A DNA stretch of 64,000 bases from an uncultured Dehalococcoidia bacterium (GTDB lineage: Bacteria; Chloroflexota; Dehalococcoidia; Bin125). Numbering within the stretch: the first letter of the stretch is position 1; every line of letters starts with the position of its first letter. The translations under genes were made by a program, and so were the position numbers. The notes under the pieces are model-generated. The model made no database searches and was not told the DNA's origin. It worked only from the letters and a program-made list of their open reading frames with translations. The stretch covers positions 1,006,658 to 1,070,657 of the forward strand of contig CATQGW010000001.1 in the NCBI GenBank assembly GCA_958295515.1, written 5' to 3'. Of the stretch, positions 40,358-49,701 are shown piece by piece.

Positions 40358-40362
40358 AGGAG
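40324..40362 (+). repeat. 39-bp direct repeat, left copy (moaD 3' end)
   Basis: GATTGCGATTGTGCCGCAGATTAGTGGGGGCTAGAGGAG; 38/39 identical to 42290..42328. Confidence 0.92.
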
Positions 40363-40368
40363 ACGAAG

Positions 40369-42246
40369 ATGAAACAGATCGAATCCGAGACGCCATCGGT
40401 CAGCAAGCTGCTCGGCGATACGCGCTACAACATTGACTACTACCAGCGCGAGTACCGCTGGGAGCGGCGACAGGTAGCACAGCTGCTAGACGACCTCTTC
40501 AGCGCTTTTCGCGAGTCGCATGATGGGGAGCATGCTCGGGACAAGGTCGCCACGTACGGACAGTACTTCTTGGGCCCAATCATCGTAAATTGCAGAGAGG
40601 CTGTGACTGACATCGTCGATGGCCAGCAGCGTGTCACAACTCTGACGCTCTTGCTCATTGCGCTCCGGCGTCGCATTCAAGACGAGAATCAGCGAGGCAG
40701 TCTCGCGAACTTGGTCGTGACCCACCAGTTCGGGCAACCAACCTTCACGTTGGACGTGCCCGAGCGCGCGCCTTGCATGGATGCGCTGTACACCGAGCAG
40801 GTCCTCGATCCTGCTTCGGCGGACCCGGCTGTTCGCAAGATCCTCGATTCGCGGGACCCGTCAGTTCGCAACATTCTGGATCGTTTCGCAGACGTTGAGG
40901 AACTGCTGGACGGCGGCCTGGATATGGACGCGTTGCCTTACTTCGCCGACTGGCTTATGTATCGAGTCAAGATGGTCAGCGTGATCGCAACATCGGAAGC
41001 TGACGCCTACACGATTTTCGAGACGATGAATGACCGTGGTCTTCGGCTGACGGCGCCAGAGATGCTTCGTGGCTACCTGCTCTCGCGAATCGAGGACGAG
41101 ACCGAGCGCTCCGAATCGAGCCAGGTGTGGAAGGAGCGAGTCAGCGAGCTGGCCGAAATTGGCAAAGAGGAGGATGTTGACGCGATTCAGGCTTGGCTTC
41201 GCGGTAGGCGCGCAGAAACCGCAAGTCGCTACGTAGCTGGTGTGGAACCGGGCGACTACGAGCGCATCGGCAACGAGTTCCACCGCTGGGTGCGGGATGT
41301 CGAAGAGGATCGATTGGCCCTTCGCTCGCCCTCGAACTTCGCGGACTTCATCCGGACAGACTTCGACTTTTACGTTGGCTGGTACGCGCGTCTGAGGCGG
41401 GCGGCGGAAACGACCACCAACGGCCTGGAGACGATCCAGTACATCGCAAGCCAGGGGTTCACCCTTCAGTACTCCCTCTTGCTGGCTGCCCTGGATGTCG
41501 GCGACAGCGAGGACCTCGCCCTGCGGAAGATTGGCGCGACCGCCGCATACATTGACATCCTGATCCATCGTCGGTTGTGGAACAGCATGCGGATCGGGCA
41601 AACCTACCTACGATTCCCGCTCTTCGATCTGGCGAAGAAAGTCCGGGCGGCGGAATCGATCGAGCAGTTGGTCAAGCTCCTCACCACTGAGATCGAGGGC
41701 AACGAGCTTGGCTTCTCACCGGACTGGCCATTTGCGCGCAATCGACGCAACGGAAACATTGTGCGTCGCATGCTCGCTCGGCTGACATCCTTCGTCGAGC
41801 GCGATCGTCCGGGCAGTGCTGGTTACGCTGAATTGCTCACCACTGGCCGCGATGGCTACGACATTGAGCACGTCATCGCGGACAAGCCGGAGCGCTACGC
41901 CGACGAGTTCGCGAATGAGGCCGAGTTCGACGCAGAGCGCAACTGGATCGGTGGGCTTTTGCTCATTCCGAGCAGCGTCAATCGCAGCTTCGGCGACCTC
42001 GCCTACGAGCCCAAGCGCGAGCACTATCTCAAAGAGAACTGGCTTGCAGCGAGCCTTCATGAGGCGGCCTATAAGCACAATCCGAAGCTCAAGCGGTTTG
42101 CGCAGGCGCGTGGCCTTGAGCTACAGGCGTATCCGCACTTCGGGCGGGCGGAGCTTGATGCTCGACAAGAGCTTTATGAGCAGATCGCTGCGGAAGTCTG
42201 GCGAGTTGACCGCATCAAGGAGGCAGCTGGTCTCCAGTTGGCGTAA
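40369..42246 (+). CDS. GmrSD-like type IV restriction protein (DUF262 + DUF1524/HNH)
   Basis: YQREYRW, IVDGQQRVTT, IFETMNDRG, IEHV..IGGLLLI..VNRS; lower GC than the flanks. Confidence 0.88.
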   Translation: MKQIESETPSVSKLLGDTRYNIDYYQREYRWERRQVAQLLDDLFSAFRESHDGEHARDKVATYGQYFLGPIIVNCREAVTDIVDGQQRVTTLTLLLIALRRRIQDENQRGSLANLVVTHQFGQPTFTLDVPERAPCMDALYTEQVLDPASADPAVRKILDSRDPSVRNILDRFADVEELLDGGLDMDALPYFADWLMYRVKMVSVIATSEADAYTIFETMNDRGLRLTAPEMLRGYLLSRIEDETERSESSQVWKERVSELAEIGKEEDVDAIQAWLRGRRAETASRYVAGVEPGDYERIGNEFHRWVRDVEEDRLALRSPSNFADFIRTDFDFYVGWYARLRRAAETTTNGLETIQYIASQGFTLQYSLLLAALDVGDSEDLALRKIGATAAYIDILIHRRLWNSMRIGQTYLRFPLFDLAKKVRAAESIEQLVKLLTTEIEGNELGFSPDWPFARNRRNGNIVRRMLARLTSFVERDRPGSAGYAELLTTGRDGYDIEHVIADKPERYADEFANEAEFDAERNWIGGLLLIPSSVNRSFGDLAYEPKREHYLKENWLAASLHEAAYKHNPKLKRFAQARGLELQAYPHFGRAELDARQELYEQIAAEVWRVDRIKEAAGLQLA

Positions 42247-42289
42247 CCGGCAGCCGAGAAGACTCGTCGCGTGGGCACCTGATCGTGAC

Positions 42290-42328
42290 GATTGCGATTG
42301 TGCCGCAGATTAGCGGGGGCTAGAGGAG
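42290..42328 (+). repeat. 39-bp direct repeat, right copy
   Basis: GATTGCGATTGTGCCGCAGATTAGCGGGGGCTAGAGGAG. Confidence 0.92.
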
Positions 42329-42502
42329 GCGGCGGTGCTCGCGGCCTGATTCGTCTTCGAAGAGCACGTTGTAATCGGCGTTCGAATTGAACGGCGGGTC
42401 GAGGTAGATCAGGTCGATCGACTGATCGGGAATATGCTCCCGCATCACGCTCAGATTGTCGCCGAAGAACAGCGTGCCGCTCAGCTCGTCCGCCGTGGTC
42501 AT
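42320..42502 (-). pseudogene. N-terminal fragment of a beta-class adenine DNA methyltransferase
   Basis: LFFGDNLSVMREHIPDQSIDLIYLDPPFNSNADYNVLF, then a stop after 60 aa inside the right direct repeat. Confidence 0.8.
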
Positions 42503-43725
42503 TCGCTATCGCCTCCGGTGGTGAGTAGGGCGATGGAGGCGGTGAAGCCGTGGAGGTAGTTGGAACCGCCTACGGGGCCGATTTCGCCGTTGCAGAAGAA
42601 GCCGGCGGTGGGGAGCGGGCCGAATGCCTCCTCCAGGGCTGCGGCGTCGTGGTCGGGCTGGCCGAAGAGGCCGCGTCCGCGTCCGTTGCAGGAGCAGAGC
42701 AGCGCGCCGAGCACTTCTTCGCCTTCGCCGAGCGACTCGCGTTCGGCGGTGAGGCGGGCGCGCAGGTCGTCGTCGGCTGCGCCGGCGTCGCGGAACTGGA
42801 ATTGGAAGGTCTGGCCGACGCGCGGCACTTCATTGATGGCCAGCGCGCCCGACTCGCGGTCCGCGCCCATCACGTTGCGGATCAGGAAATCGCCGCGTTC
42901 GTGGGAGGCCTTGTACTCGTCCATCGCCAGACCGATGAGCAGGTTCTGCGCGGCGCGCTCGCGGGTCGCTTCGTCGAGCTCGGAGAGCGTCTCGGTCAGC
43001 ACTTCGAGGGCGGGGCGGGAGCCGAGCGTCTGCACCATGTTGGCGGTGCATTCGGTGACGATCCACGGCTGTCCGAGCGGCTCTGCGCCCTGGGCGACGA
43101 CGGGGCGGACGCGCACGCCGGAGAGGCCGAGCATCGCCGCGCCGCTGCGCAGCACCTGGTCGTCGATGAACACGGCCGCGCCCTCCGCCTGCCGCGCGGA
43201 TGAGGCCATGCCGCCGAGCAGCACCAGGCCCGGCCTGGTTTGCTGTAGGTGCTCAACCAGGCGGTCGGTCACGATTGTGAACGGATTGGTGAACATCAGC
43301 CAGACCTGCGGGCCGTCCTGCAGCGGCGTGAATGTGTCGTCGTCGAGCCGCTGGGGATCAATCGGCAGCGGCGTGAATTCCGCTTCGGGAATGCGCATCG
43401 CCAGCGCGGCGATCGCGTGCCCGTCCTCGGCCTCGAGCGAGGAACCGATCACGCTCTGCCCGCTGGCGCCGATCAGATGCTTCGCGCCGCTCGCCTCGCG
43501 CAGCTGGTCGATGATTTCTTGGTAGTTGTCGGCGAACGCGGAATCGATGAAGACGAGCAGTAGATCGGGGGATTGGACCTCGGCCAGCTCGGGCAGGATG
43601 CGCTGCACCGCGCCCTCCCAGCTGACATCGGTGGCGATGCTGGCGGCGGCGGCGGCGTCGCCCGCCCGCACTCGCGCGACGCCGGGACCGCCCATCTCCC
43701 GCGTGGTCTGGTGTTGACTGGTCAT
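42499..43725 (-). CDS. FIST N/C domain protein
   Basis: LLGGMAS, VVAQGAEPLG, DFLIRNVMG, FQFRD, CSCNGRG, GFFCNGEIGP, LHGFT. Confidence 0.9.
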   Translation of the reverse strand: MTSQHQTTREMGGPGVARVRAGDAAAAASIATDVSWEGAVQRILPELAEVQSPDLLLVFIDSAFADNYQEIIDQLREASGAKHLIGASGQSVIGSSLEAEDGHAIAALAMRIPEAEFTPLPIDPQRLDDDTFTPLQDGPQVWLMFTNPFTIVTDRLVEHLQQTRPGLVLLGGMASSARQAEGAAVFIDDQVLRSGAAMLGLSGVRVRPVVAQGAEPLGQPWIVTECTANMVQTLGSRPALEVLTETLSELDEATRERAAQNLLIGLAMDEYKASHERGDFLIRNVMGADRESGALAINEVPRVGQTFQFQFRDAGAADDDLRARLTAERESLGEGEEVLGALLCSCNGRGRGLFGQPDHDAAALEEAFGPLPTAGFFCNGEIGPVGGSNYLHGFTASIALLTTGGDSE

Positions 43726-43802
43726 CGCCCGCTCCTCCCCCGTGTGTCGAGTGTAGGCGGCTGGGCGGGCTGCGTTTGGCGGCGGGCGGGTACCATCGTC
43801 AT

Positions 43803-44723
43803 ATGTCTGCTCTGACCACCGCCCAACTCGGCGAGCTCGACCGCACGGCCTATGAGCTGGCCGCGCGCGGCGGCGAGATCCTGCTGGACCGCTTTCAGTC
43901 GGCGCTGAACGTGCAATACAAGGACGAGAACGCGCACGACCCGGTCACGGAGGTGGACCGGGCGATCGAGGACATGGTGCGCGAGGAGGTGGGGCGGCGC
44001 TTCCCGGAGCACGGGGTGGTCGGGGAGGAGCGCGCCGACGCGGGTCCGGAGCAGGCCGATGTGGTGTGGGTGATTGATCCGCTCGACGGCACCTCGAACT
44101 TCATCAACGGGCTGGGGATGTTCGCGTGCTCGATTGGGATTTTGGAGCGGGGCGCGCCGGTCGCGGGGGCGATTTTCCTGCCGGTCAACCGCTACATGCG
44201 GCCGGGCGTTTACCACGCGCACCGCGGTTCGGGGCTGCGTTTCGACGGGGCGCGGGTGGAGCCGGCAGCGCCGGCGATTCCCCACTCGAGCCGTCTGAGC
44301 ACGGTGCCCAGCGGGACGGGCGGCGTGACCGGCCCGGCGGGGCGTCGCTTCGGCGTAGTGCGCACGCTCGGCAGCATCGCCGTGGAGCTCGCGCTGGCCG
44401 CGGAAGGCAGCGTGCAGATGGCGGTCTTCGAGGGGTCCAAGGTGTGGGATGTCGCGGGCGGTGTGGCGCTCTGCCTGGAGGCGGAGCGGGCGGTCTTCAC
44501 GCGGGCGGCGCGGGGCCCCGACTGGCGTCGCTTCACGCGCTTCGGGCAGGATCTGCGGGGACCGGTGACGAATCACACGCTGCGGGGTTGGTCGGACGCG
44601 ATTGTGGTGGGGGATCCGGCGCTGCTGCCGGAGGCGGCGGCAGATCTGCGTCGTGCGCAGGGGATGCGGGCGACGGTGCGGCGCGCTGCGGCGCGTCGGG
44701 TGCGGCGCACGCTGCGGCGCTGA
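43803..44723 (+). CDS. Inositol monophosphatase family protein
   Basis: DPVTEVD, GEE, WVIDPLDGTSNF, WDVAGG. Confidence 0.92.
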   Translation: MSALTTAQLGELDRTAYELAARGGEILLDRFQSALNVQYKDENAHDPVTEVDRAIEDMVREEVGRRFPEHGVVGEERADAGPEQADVVWVIDPLDGTSNFINGLGMFACSIGILERGAPVAGAIFLPVNRYMRPGVYHAHRGSGLRFDGARVEPAAPAIPHSSRLSTVPSGTGGVTGPAGRRFGVVRTLGSIAVELALAAEGSVQMAVFEGSKVWDVAGGVALCLEAERAVFTRAARGPDWRRFTRFGQDLRGPVTNHTLRGWSDAIVVGDPALLPEAAADLRRAQGMRATVRRAAARRVRRTLRR

Positions 44724-44744
44724 GGGCGGGTTGTGGGTACCCCC

Positions 44745-45642
44745 GTGATTCCCGCTCGGGGGCGGGAATGACGGAAAAGAGGAGTCGGAGGTTGAACGGC
44801 GAGATACCCGCGCTCCTCCGCCGTCATTGCCGCGCCCCGCCGCGGCAATCTCGCCGAGTTCAACACGGATGTTGGTGCAGGTCACGGCGAGATACCCGCG
44901 GCAAGCGCGGGTATGACGGAGTGTGTGTGGCGGGTGTGTGACGGAGCGGGCGGGTGTGTGACGGAATTGGTGGGCGGGAATGACGGAAAAGGGGAGTGGG
45001 AGGTTGAACGGGGAGATACCCGCGCTCCTCCTCCGTCATTGCCGCGTTCCGCCGCGGCAATCTCGCTGCGTTCAACACGGATGTTGGTGCAGGTCGCGGC
45101 GAGATACCCGCGGCAAGCGCGGGTATGACGGAGTGTGTGGCGGGTGTGTGACGGAGCGGGCGGGTGTGTGACGGAATTGGTGGGCGGGAATGACGGGAAG
45201 GGGGGGTCGGAGGTTGAACGGCGAGATACCCGCGCTCCTCCTCCGTCATTGCCGCGCCCCGCCGCGGCAATCTCGCTGCGTTCAACACGGATGTTGGTGC
45301 AGGTCACGGCGAGATACCCGCGGCAAGCGCGGGTATGACGGAGTGTGTGGCGGGTGTGTGACGGAGCGGGCGAGTGTGTGACGGAATTGGCGGGCGGGAA
45401 TGACGGAAAAGGGGGGTCGGAGGTTGAACGGCGAGATACCCGCGCTCCTCCTCCGTCATTGCCGCGTTCCGCCACGGCAATCTCGCTGCGTTCAACACGG
45501 ATGTTGGTGCAGGTCACGGCGAGATACCCGCGGCAAGCGCGGGTATGACGGAGTGTGTGGCGGGTGTGTGACGGAGCGGTCGGGTGTGTGACGGAATTGG
45601 TGGGCGGGAATGACGGAACTTGAGGTGGGCGGGGATGACGGA
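44745..45642. repeat. REP tandem array, ~4 units with 210-bp period
   Basis: GCGAGATACCCGCGGCAAGCGCGGGTATGAC at 44887, 45099, 45309 and 45519; each unit also carries CGTCATTGCCGCG..CGCGGCAATCTC. Confidence 0.93.
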
Positions 45643-45658
45643 GGTGGCGAGCCGTGGG

Positions 45659-46591
45659 CTAGGCGGCGTCGGCGTGGACTACTGGTAGGACCTCTTCGAG
45701 GAGTTGCTGGGTTTGGCGCATGATGGCTTCGTCGCCCTGGACGGCGGGGCGCATGATGAATTTGCTGACGCCTACGGCGCGGTATTCGTCGATGCGCGCC
45801 TGGATTTCCTTTGCGCCGCCGACGACGAGGAACTGCTCGGGGCGCAGTTCGGGGAAGCGGCGGCGCAGGCCGTTCACCTGGGCCTGCACGTCGGGGTCGT
45901 CCCAGCTGCCGAAGTGGTAGCCCAGGCCGGCGCCGAAGTGGTCGGGCTCGTAGTCGGTGCGGCCGGCCTCGGCGAGGGCGGCGCGGATTTGCTGGATGAC
46001 GGGGCCGACCTCGTCGGCGCCTTGCACGCCGGCGACCCAGCCGGTGCCGATTTGGGCGGTGCGGCGGATCGCGGCCTTGCTCGCGCCGCCGATCCAGAGC
46101 GGCAGCGGCCGCTGCACGGGCTTGGGCTCCATTACGGCGTTGGTGTAGTGGAAGTGCTCGCCGTGGAAGGTGACCGACTCTTCGTTCCAGAGCCGCGACA
46201 TGAGCGTGAGCGCTTCATCGGCGATTGGCCCGCGGCCTTTGAGGGGGCGGTCGGTGACGCGCCATTCGGGGGCGATGGGTCCGCCGACGCCGAAGGCGGG
46301 GAGCAGGCGGCCGTTGCTGAGGAAGTCGATCGTCGCGCACTGCTTGGCGAGCACGAGCGGGTCGCGGAAGCCGACGACGACGACGTTCATGCCGAACTTG
46401 AGCTTCTCGGTGCCGGCGGCGAGGGCGGCCATGAAGGTCATCGATTCGAGCATCGGCTGCTCGGAGATCAGACGGTCGGTCTGCCAGATCGAGTCGACGC
46501 CGGCCTCCTCGCAGAGGTCGATCCAGCGCCAGAGCGTCTTGACGTCGGAAAACGGGAAGTTCGCAATGCCCATGCCGATGCGGTCGCTCAT
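45659..46591 (-). CDS. LLM class flavin-dependent oxidoreductase
   Basis: DSIWQTD, RDPLVLAKQCATIDFLSNGRL, PKPVQRPLPLWIGG. Confidence 0.9.
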   Translation of the reverse strand: MSDRIGMGIANFPFSDVKTLWRWIDLCEEAGVDSIWQTDRLISEQPMLESMTFMAALAAGTEKLKFGMNVVVVGFRDPLVLAKQCATIDFLSNGRLLPAFGVGGPIAPEWRVTDRPLKGRGPIADEALTLMSRLWNEESVTFHGEHFHYTNAVMEPKPVQRPLPLWIGGASKAAIRRTAQIGTGWVAGVQGADEVGPVIQQIRAALAEAGRTDYEPDHFGAGLGYHFGSWDDPDVQAQVNGLRRRFPELRPEQFLVVGGAKEIQARIDEYRAVGVSKFIMRPAVQGDEAIMRQTQQLLEEVLPVVHADAA

Positions 46592-46669
46592 GCCCGATCC
46601 TCCTCCGTGCTCCGCGCGTTGCCCTGAGGCTAACAAACGTGCTCGAATTGTCGAAGCGGGGCGCGAATT

Positions 46670-46725
46670 GGGGGGGGGGGGGGGGGTAAAAGTTGGATTG
46701 ACGGTTTGCCACAGGTCGCTATCGT
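46670..46725 (+). promoter_or_regulatory. G17 tract immediately upstream of a sigma70-like promoter (TTGACG-N16-TATCGT) in a divergent intergenic region
   Basis: G17 at 46670..46686 followed by TAAAA; -35 at 46698, -10 at 46720. Confidence 0.6.
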
Positions 46726-46783
46726 GGGCGCCGTAGGTGGGGACGGAAGCGGAACTCGCGCGCTGGGGAGTGGGAGCGAGACG

Positions 46784-47545
46784 ATGCGATTTTCGGGCAA
46801 GCTGGTGATCATCGTCGCGCTGGCGGTGTCGGTGCTGCTGGTGTCCAACACGATTGCCGGCAAGCCGCTCTATCTGTTCGACCTGGGCTTCGATTTCCTC
46901 GGCGACAGCGCGGTGATCGTCTCGGTCTCGGTGATTTGCTTCCCGCTCGGCTACATCATCAGCGACGTGCTGACGGAGGTCTACGGCTTCCGAGTGGCTC
47001 GCGGGGTGATCTGGCTGGGCTTCGCCTGCAACCTGCTGATGGTCTTCCTCTACTGGGGCGCGCGGGCCATCCCCGGGCTTGAAGGCTGGGGTTTCGGGTC
47101 GTTCAACGAGGAGTCCTTCGACGCGATTCTGGGCACGACCGGCTGGCTGCTGCTGGGCAGCTTCGGGGCGTACGTGATCGGCGAGTTCGCCAACGCCTCA
47201 ATGATGTCTCTGCTCAAGAGCCGGATGGCGGGGCGGCACCTGTGGCTGCGCGCGATCGCCTCGACGATAGTCGGGCAGGGCATCGACTCCTGGATTTTCT
47301 ACCTGATCGCGTTCGGTCTCTCGGGGCTGTGGGGCTGGCAAGCGGCGGCGCAGGGCGCGGTCTTCGGCTGGATCGTGAAGACGCTCTTCGAGGTGGTGGC
47401 GCTGCCGGTCACCTACTGGGTGGTGGACTGGCTGAAGCGCACCGAGCACATGGACATCTACGACGCGCCGGCCTCGCTGAACCCGTTCGGGATTTTCGGC
47501 GACGAGGACAGCGAGAGCCGCAACGCCGCGGCGACCTCCGACTGA
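46784..47545 (+). CDS. yhhQ: Queuosine precursor transporter (VUT/YhhQ family)
   Basis: SNTIAGK, FPLGYIISDVLTEVYG, STIVGQGIDS, KTLFEV..PVTY. Confidence 0.88.
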   Translation: MRFSGKLVIIVALAVSVLLVSNTIAGKPLYLFDLGFDFLGDSAVIVSVSVICFPLGYIISDVLTEVYGFRVARGVIWLGFACNLLMVFLYWGARAIPGLEGWGFGSFNEESFDAILGTTGWLLLGSFGAYVIGEFANASMMSLLKSRMAGRHLWLRAIASTIVGQGIDSWIFYLIAFGLSGLWGWQAAAQGAVFGWIVKTLFEVVALPVTYWVVDWLKRTEHMDIYDAPASLNPFGIFGDEDSESRNAAATSD

Positions 47546-47597
47546 ACGGCCTATCCTGCTGCTGGTCCACTGAGCCGAAGAGCAGGAGCGCCCGACT

Positions 47598-48806
47598 ATG
47601 ACCAGCGAAGCCGTCGCCGCCGAATCCACCGCGTTCACCCTCGCGCGCGAGCGCTACGGGGGCGAGCTGGAAGAGGCGCTCGCGCCCGCGCAGGCGGTGA
47701 TCTCGGCCGACTCGCACATCATCGAACCGGCCGATCTCTGGACCAGCCGGATTGACCCGGCCTACCGCGAGCGCGGCCCGCACATCGAGATGCAGGCGGA
47801 GATGCCGAGCGGGGAGGTGGAAGAGGGGCAGTTCATGGTCGTTGAGGGCGGCGCGCCGCAGCGCGTGGCGGGCTTCGCCGTGGCCAACGTCGATCCCAAA
47901 GACCGCGCCGAAGCGAACAAGCGCGGCTACGACCAAATCCGCCCGGGCGCCTGGGATCCGGTGGAGCGGCTGAAGGATCAGGACATCGACGGGATCGTCT
48001 GCGAGGTGATCTACCCGTCGATGGCGATGCCCTACTTTTCGCTGCCGGACAGCGGCCTGCAGCAGGCGGTGTTCCGCGCCTACAACGACTGGATGGCGGA
48101 GTTCTGCTCGCACGATCCGAAGCGGCTGGTGGGGCTGGCGATGCTTTCGCTGGACGATGTGGAGCAGGCGGTGGCGGAGCTGCGGCGGGCGCGCGAGTTG
48201 GGCTTGCGCGGCGCGCTGATCCCGAACTCGCTCGCGCCGGAAGCGTCCTACGGGGACCCCGGGTTCGACCCGCTCTGGGCGGCGGCGGCGGAGCTGCAGA
48301 TGCCGCTCAGCATGCACATTCTGACAGGCCGCTACCGCCCGGCCGGGAGCGCCGCGGATCCGTGGCTGGTCTGGTACATGGATCTGCCCGCGCCGGCAAT
48401 GAAGTCGATCACCGCGATGCTGTGCAGCGGGGTGTTCACCCGCCACCCGGAGCTGAAGGTGATCTCGGTGGAGAACGACATCGGCTGGCTGGGGCACTAC
48501 CTCTATCGGCTCCAGCACGGCTGGGACGAGTTCCGGTTCATGCTCAATCTCGAGCAGGAGCTTTCGCCCAACGAGTACTTCAGCCGCAATATCTGGGCGA
48601 CGTTCCAGAGCGATCCGGTGGGCGTGCAAACGCGCGAGCGGATCGGCGTCGATCGGCTGATGTGGGGCTCGGACTACCCGCACGGGGACTCGACCTGGCC
48701 GGAGTCGCGCCCGACGATCAACTTCAACTTTCAGAATGTCGAGAGCAGCGATATCGCGGCGATCTGCTACGACACGGTGCGGGAGCTGTACAGCATCGAT
48801 CGTTAG
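47598..48806 (+). CDS. Amidohydrolase family protein (amidohydro_2)
   Basis: ISADSHIIEP, AYNDW, DPLWAAA..PLSMH, MWGSDYPHGDSTWP. Confidence 0.92.
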   Translation: MTSEAVAAESTAFTLARERYGGELEEALAPAQAVISADSHIIEPADLWTSRIDPAYRERGPHIEMQAEMPSGEVEEGQFMVVEGGAPQRVAGFAVANVDPKDRAEANKRGYDQIRPGAWDPVERLKDQDIDGIVCEVIYPSMAMPYFSLPDSGLQQAVFRAYNDWMAEFCSHDPKRLVGLAMLSLDDVEQAVAELRRARELGLRGALIPNSLAPEASYGDPGFDPLWAAAAELQMPLSMHILTGRYRPAGSAADPWLVWYMDLPAPAMKSITAMLCSGVFTRHPELKVISVENDIGWLGHYLYRLQHGWDEFRFMLNLEQELSPNEYFSRNIWATFQSDPVGVQTRERIGVDRLMWGSDYPHGDSTWPESRPTINFNFQNVESSDIAAICYDTVRELYSIDR

Positions 48807-48859
48807 TGGGGCTCGGCTTTGGCGTGTAATCATCGCCGCCCGCCAAAGCTCACCGCGCG

Positions 48860-49204
48860 TCACTCTTCGAGCAAGATCGAGACGGACTCGATGAAGTCCA
48901 TGTCGTCGTCGGCATGCGGACTTTCGTTGATTGCCTTCGCCTGCCGCCGCATTTCCTCGGCGAAATGCGGCGAGCTCGGGTCCGGCGTCCGGACCAGCTC
49001 GGGATGCATCGCGCGCTCGCGCGTCTGACCGCAGTCAGGGCAGTCCGCGATTTCTTGCGCCCGGCGGCGCGCCTCGGCAATGAATTCAGGGTCACTCGTG
49101 TCCGGCAGCCAGAGCACGACAGGCACCAGCCCCTGCGCGCGCATCTCCTTGTGCTCTTCGCTCTCCGGGTCAAGCGCTGTGTAGGGATCGCGTGCTGCCG
49201 GCAT
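48860..49204 (-). CDS. DUF3018/MazE-like antitoxin with internal duplication
   Basis: MRAQGLVPVVLWLPDTSDPEFIAEARRRA followed by PDPSSPHFAEEMRRQAKAINESPHADDDMDFIESVS. Confidence 0.7.
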   Translation of the reverse strand: MPAARDPYTALDPESEEHKEMRAQGLVPVVLWLPDTSDPEFIAEARRRAQEIADCPDCGQTRERAMHPELVRTPDPSSPHFAEEMRRQAKAINESPHADDDMDFIESVSILLEE

Positions 49205-49278
49205 TTGGGCTCCTCGCTTCCTCCACGATAGCGCGCCGAGTCTCGCTTAGCGCGCCTGGCCAATCGGGCGCTGCCCAA

Positions 49279-49692
49279 TCAAGTCACATTGGGCGAAACG
49301 CCTCCGGAGGTCATGAATTCGATCAGGCGCAAGTAGAATTCATCCATGATTGTTTGGTCAAGCGTACCTATCCGTGTTCTGAGACTTTCTTTTTGTACTG
49401 TGGTGACTTTGTCGACCATCAGCCGAGATGGTTTGTCCAGTCCGTTGACTTCATCGGGTTCCACCAAAATGCGGTAAAATGCCTGTTCTTCGTTCGTTGT
49501 GAATATGCAAACGGTGACTGAATCCAAACCGCCGGCTTTCACCATGTCCTGCACGACAACGGCGGGGCGTGGCTTGCTTCTCACATAGGCTTGTTCGTCG
49601 TCTTGGACGATCCAGATCGTCCCAAGCTCCAGCTTCGGCTCGCTTGTGGTGCGGGTCCGCTCAATATTCTGGTCGTGCTCGCGTCCGGGCAT
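49279..49692 (-). CDS. PemK/MazF family toxin
   Basis: GTIWIV..KPRPAVVVQ..NGLDKPSRLMVDKVTTV..IGTLD. Confidence 0.88.
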   Translation of the reverse strand: MPGREHDQNIERTRTTSEPKLELGTIWIVQDDEQAYVRSKPRPAVVVQDMVKAGGLDSVTVCIFTTNEEQAFYRILVEPDEVNGLDKPSRLMVDKVTTVQKESLRTRIGTLDQTIMDEFYLRLIEFMTSGGVSPNVT

Positions 49693-49701
49693 CGCTGTTC
49701 G

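Noticed and set aside
46726-46783. preQ1 riboswitch ahead of yhhQ
   Set aside because: No preQ1-I hairpin with A-rich tail was recognisable; an Rfam search would be needed to exclude other classes.
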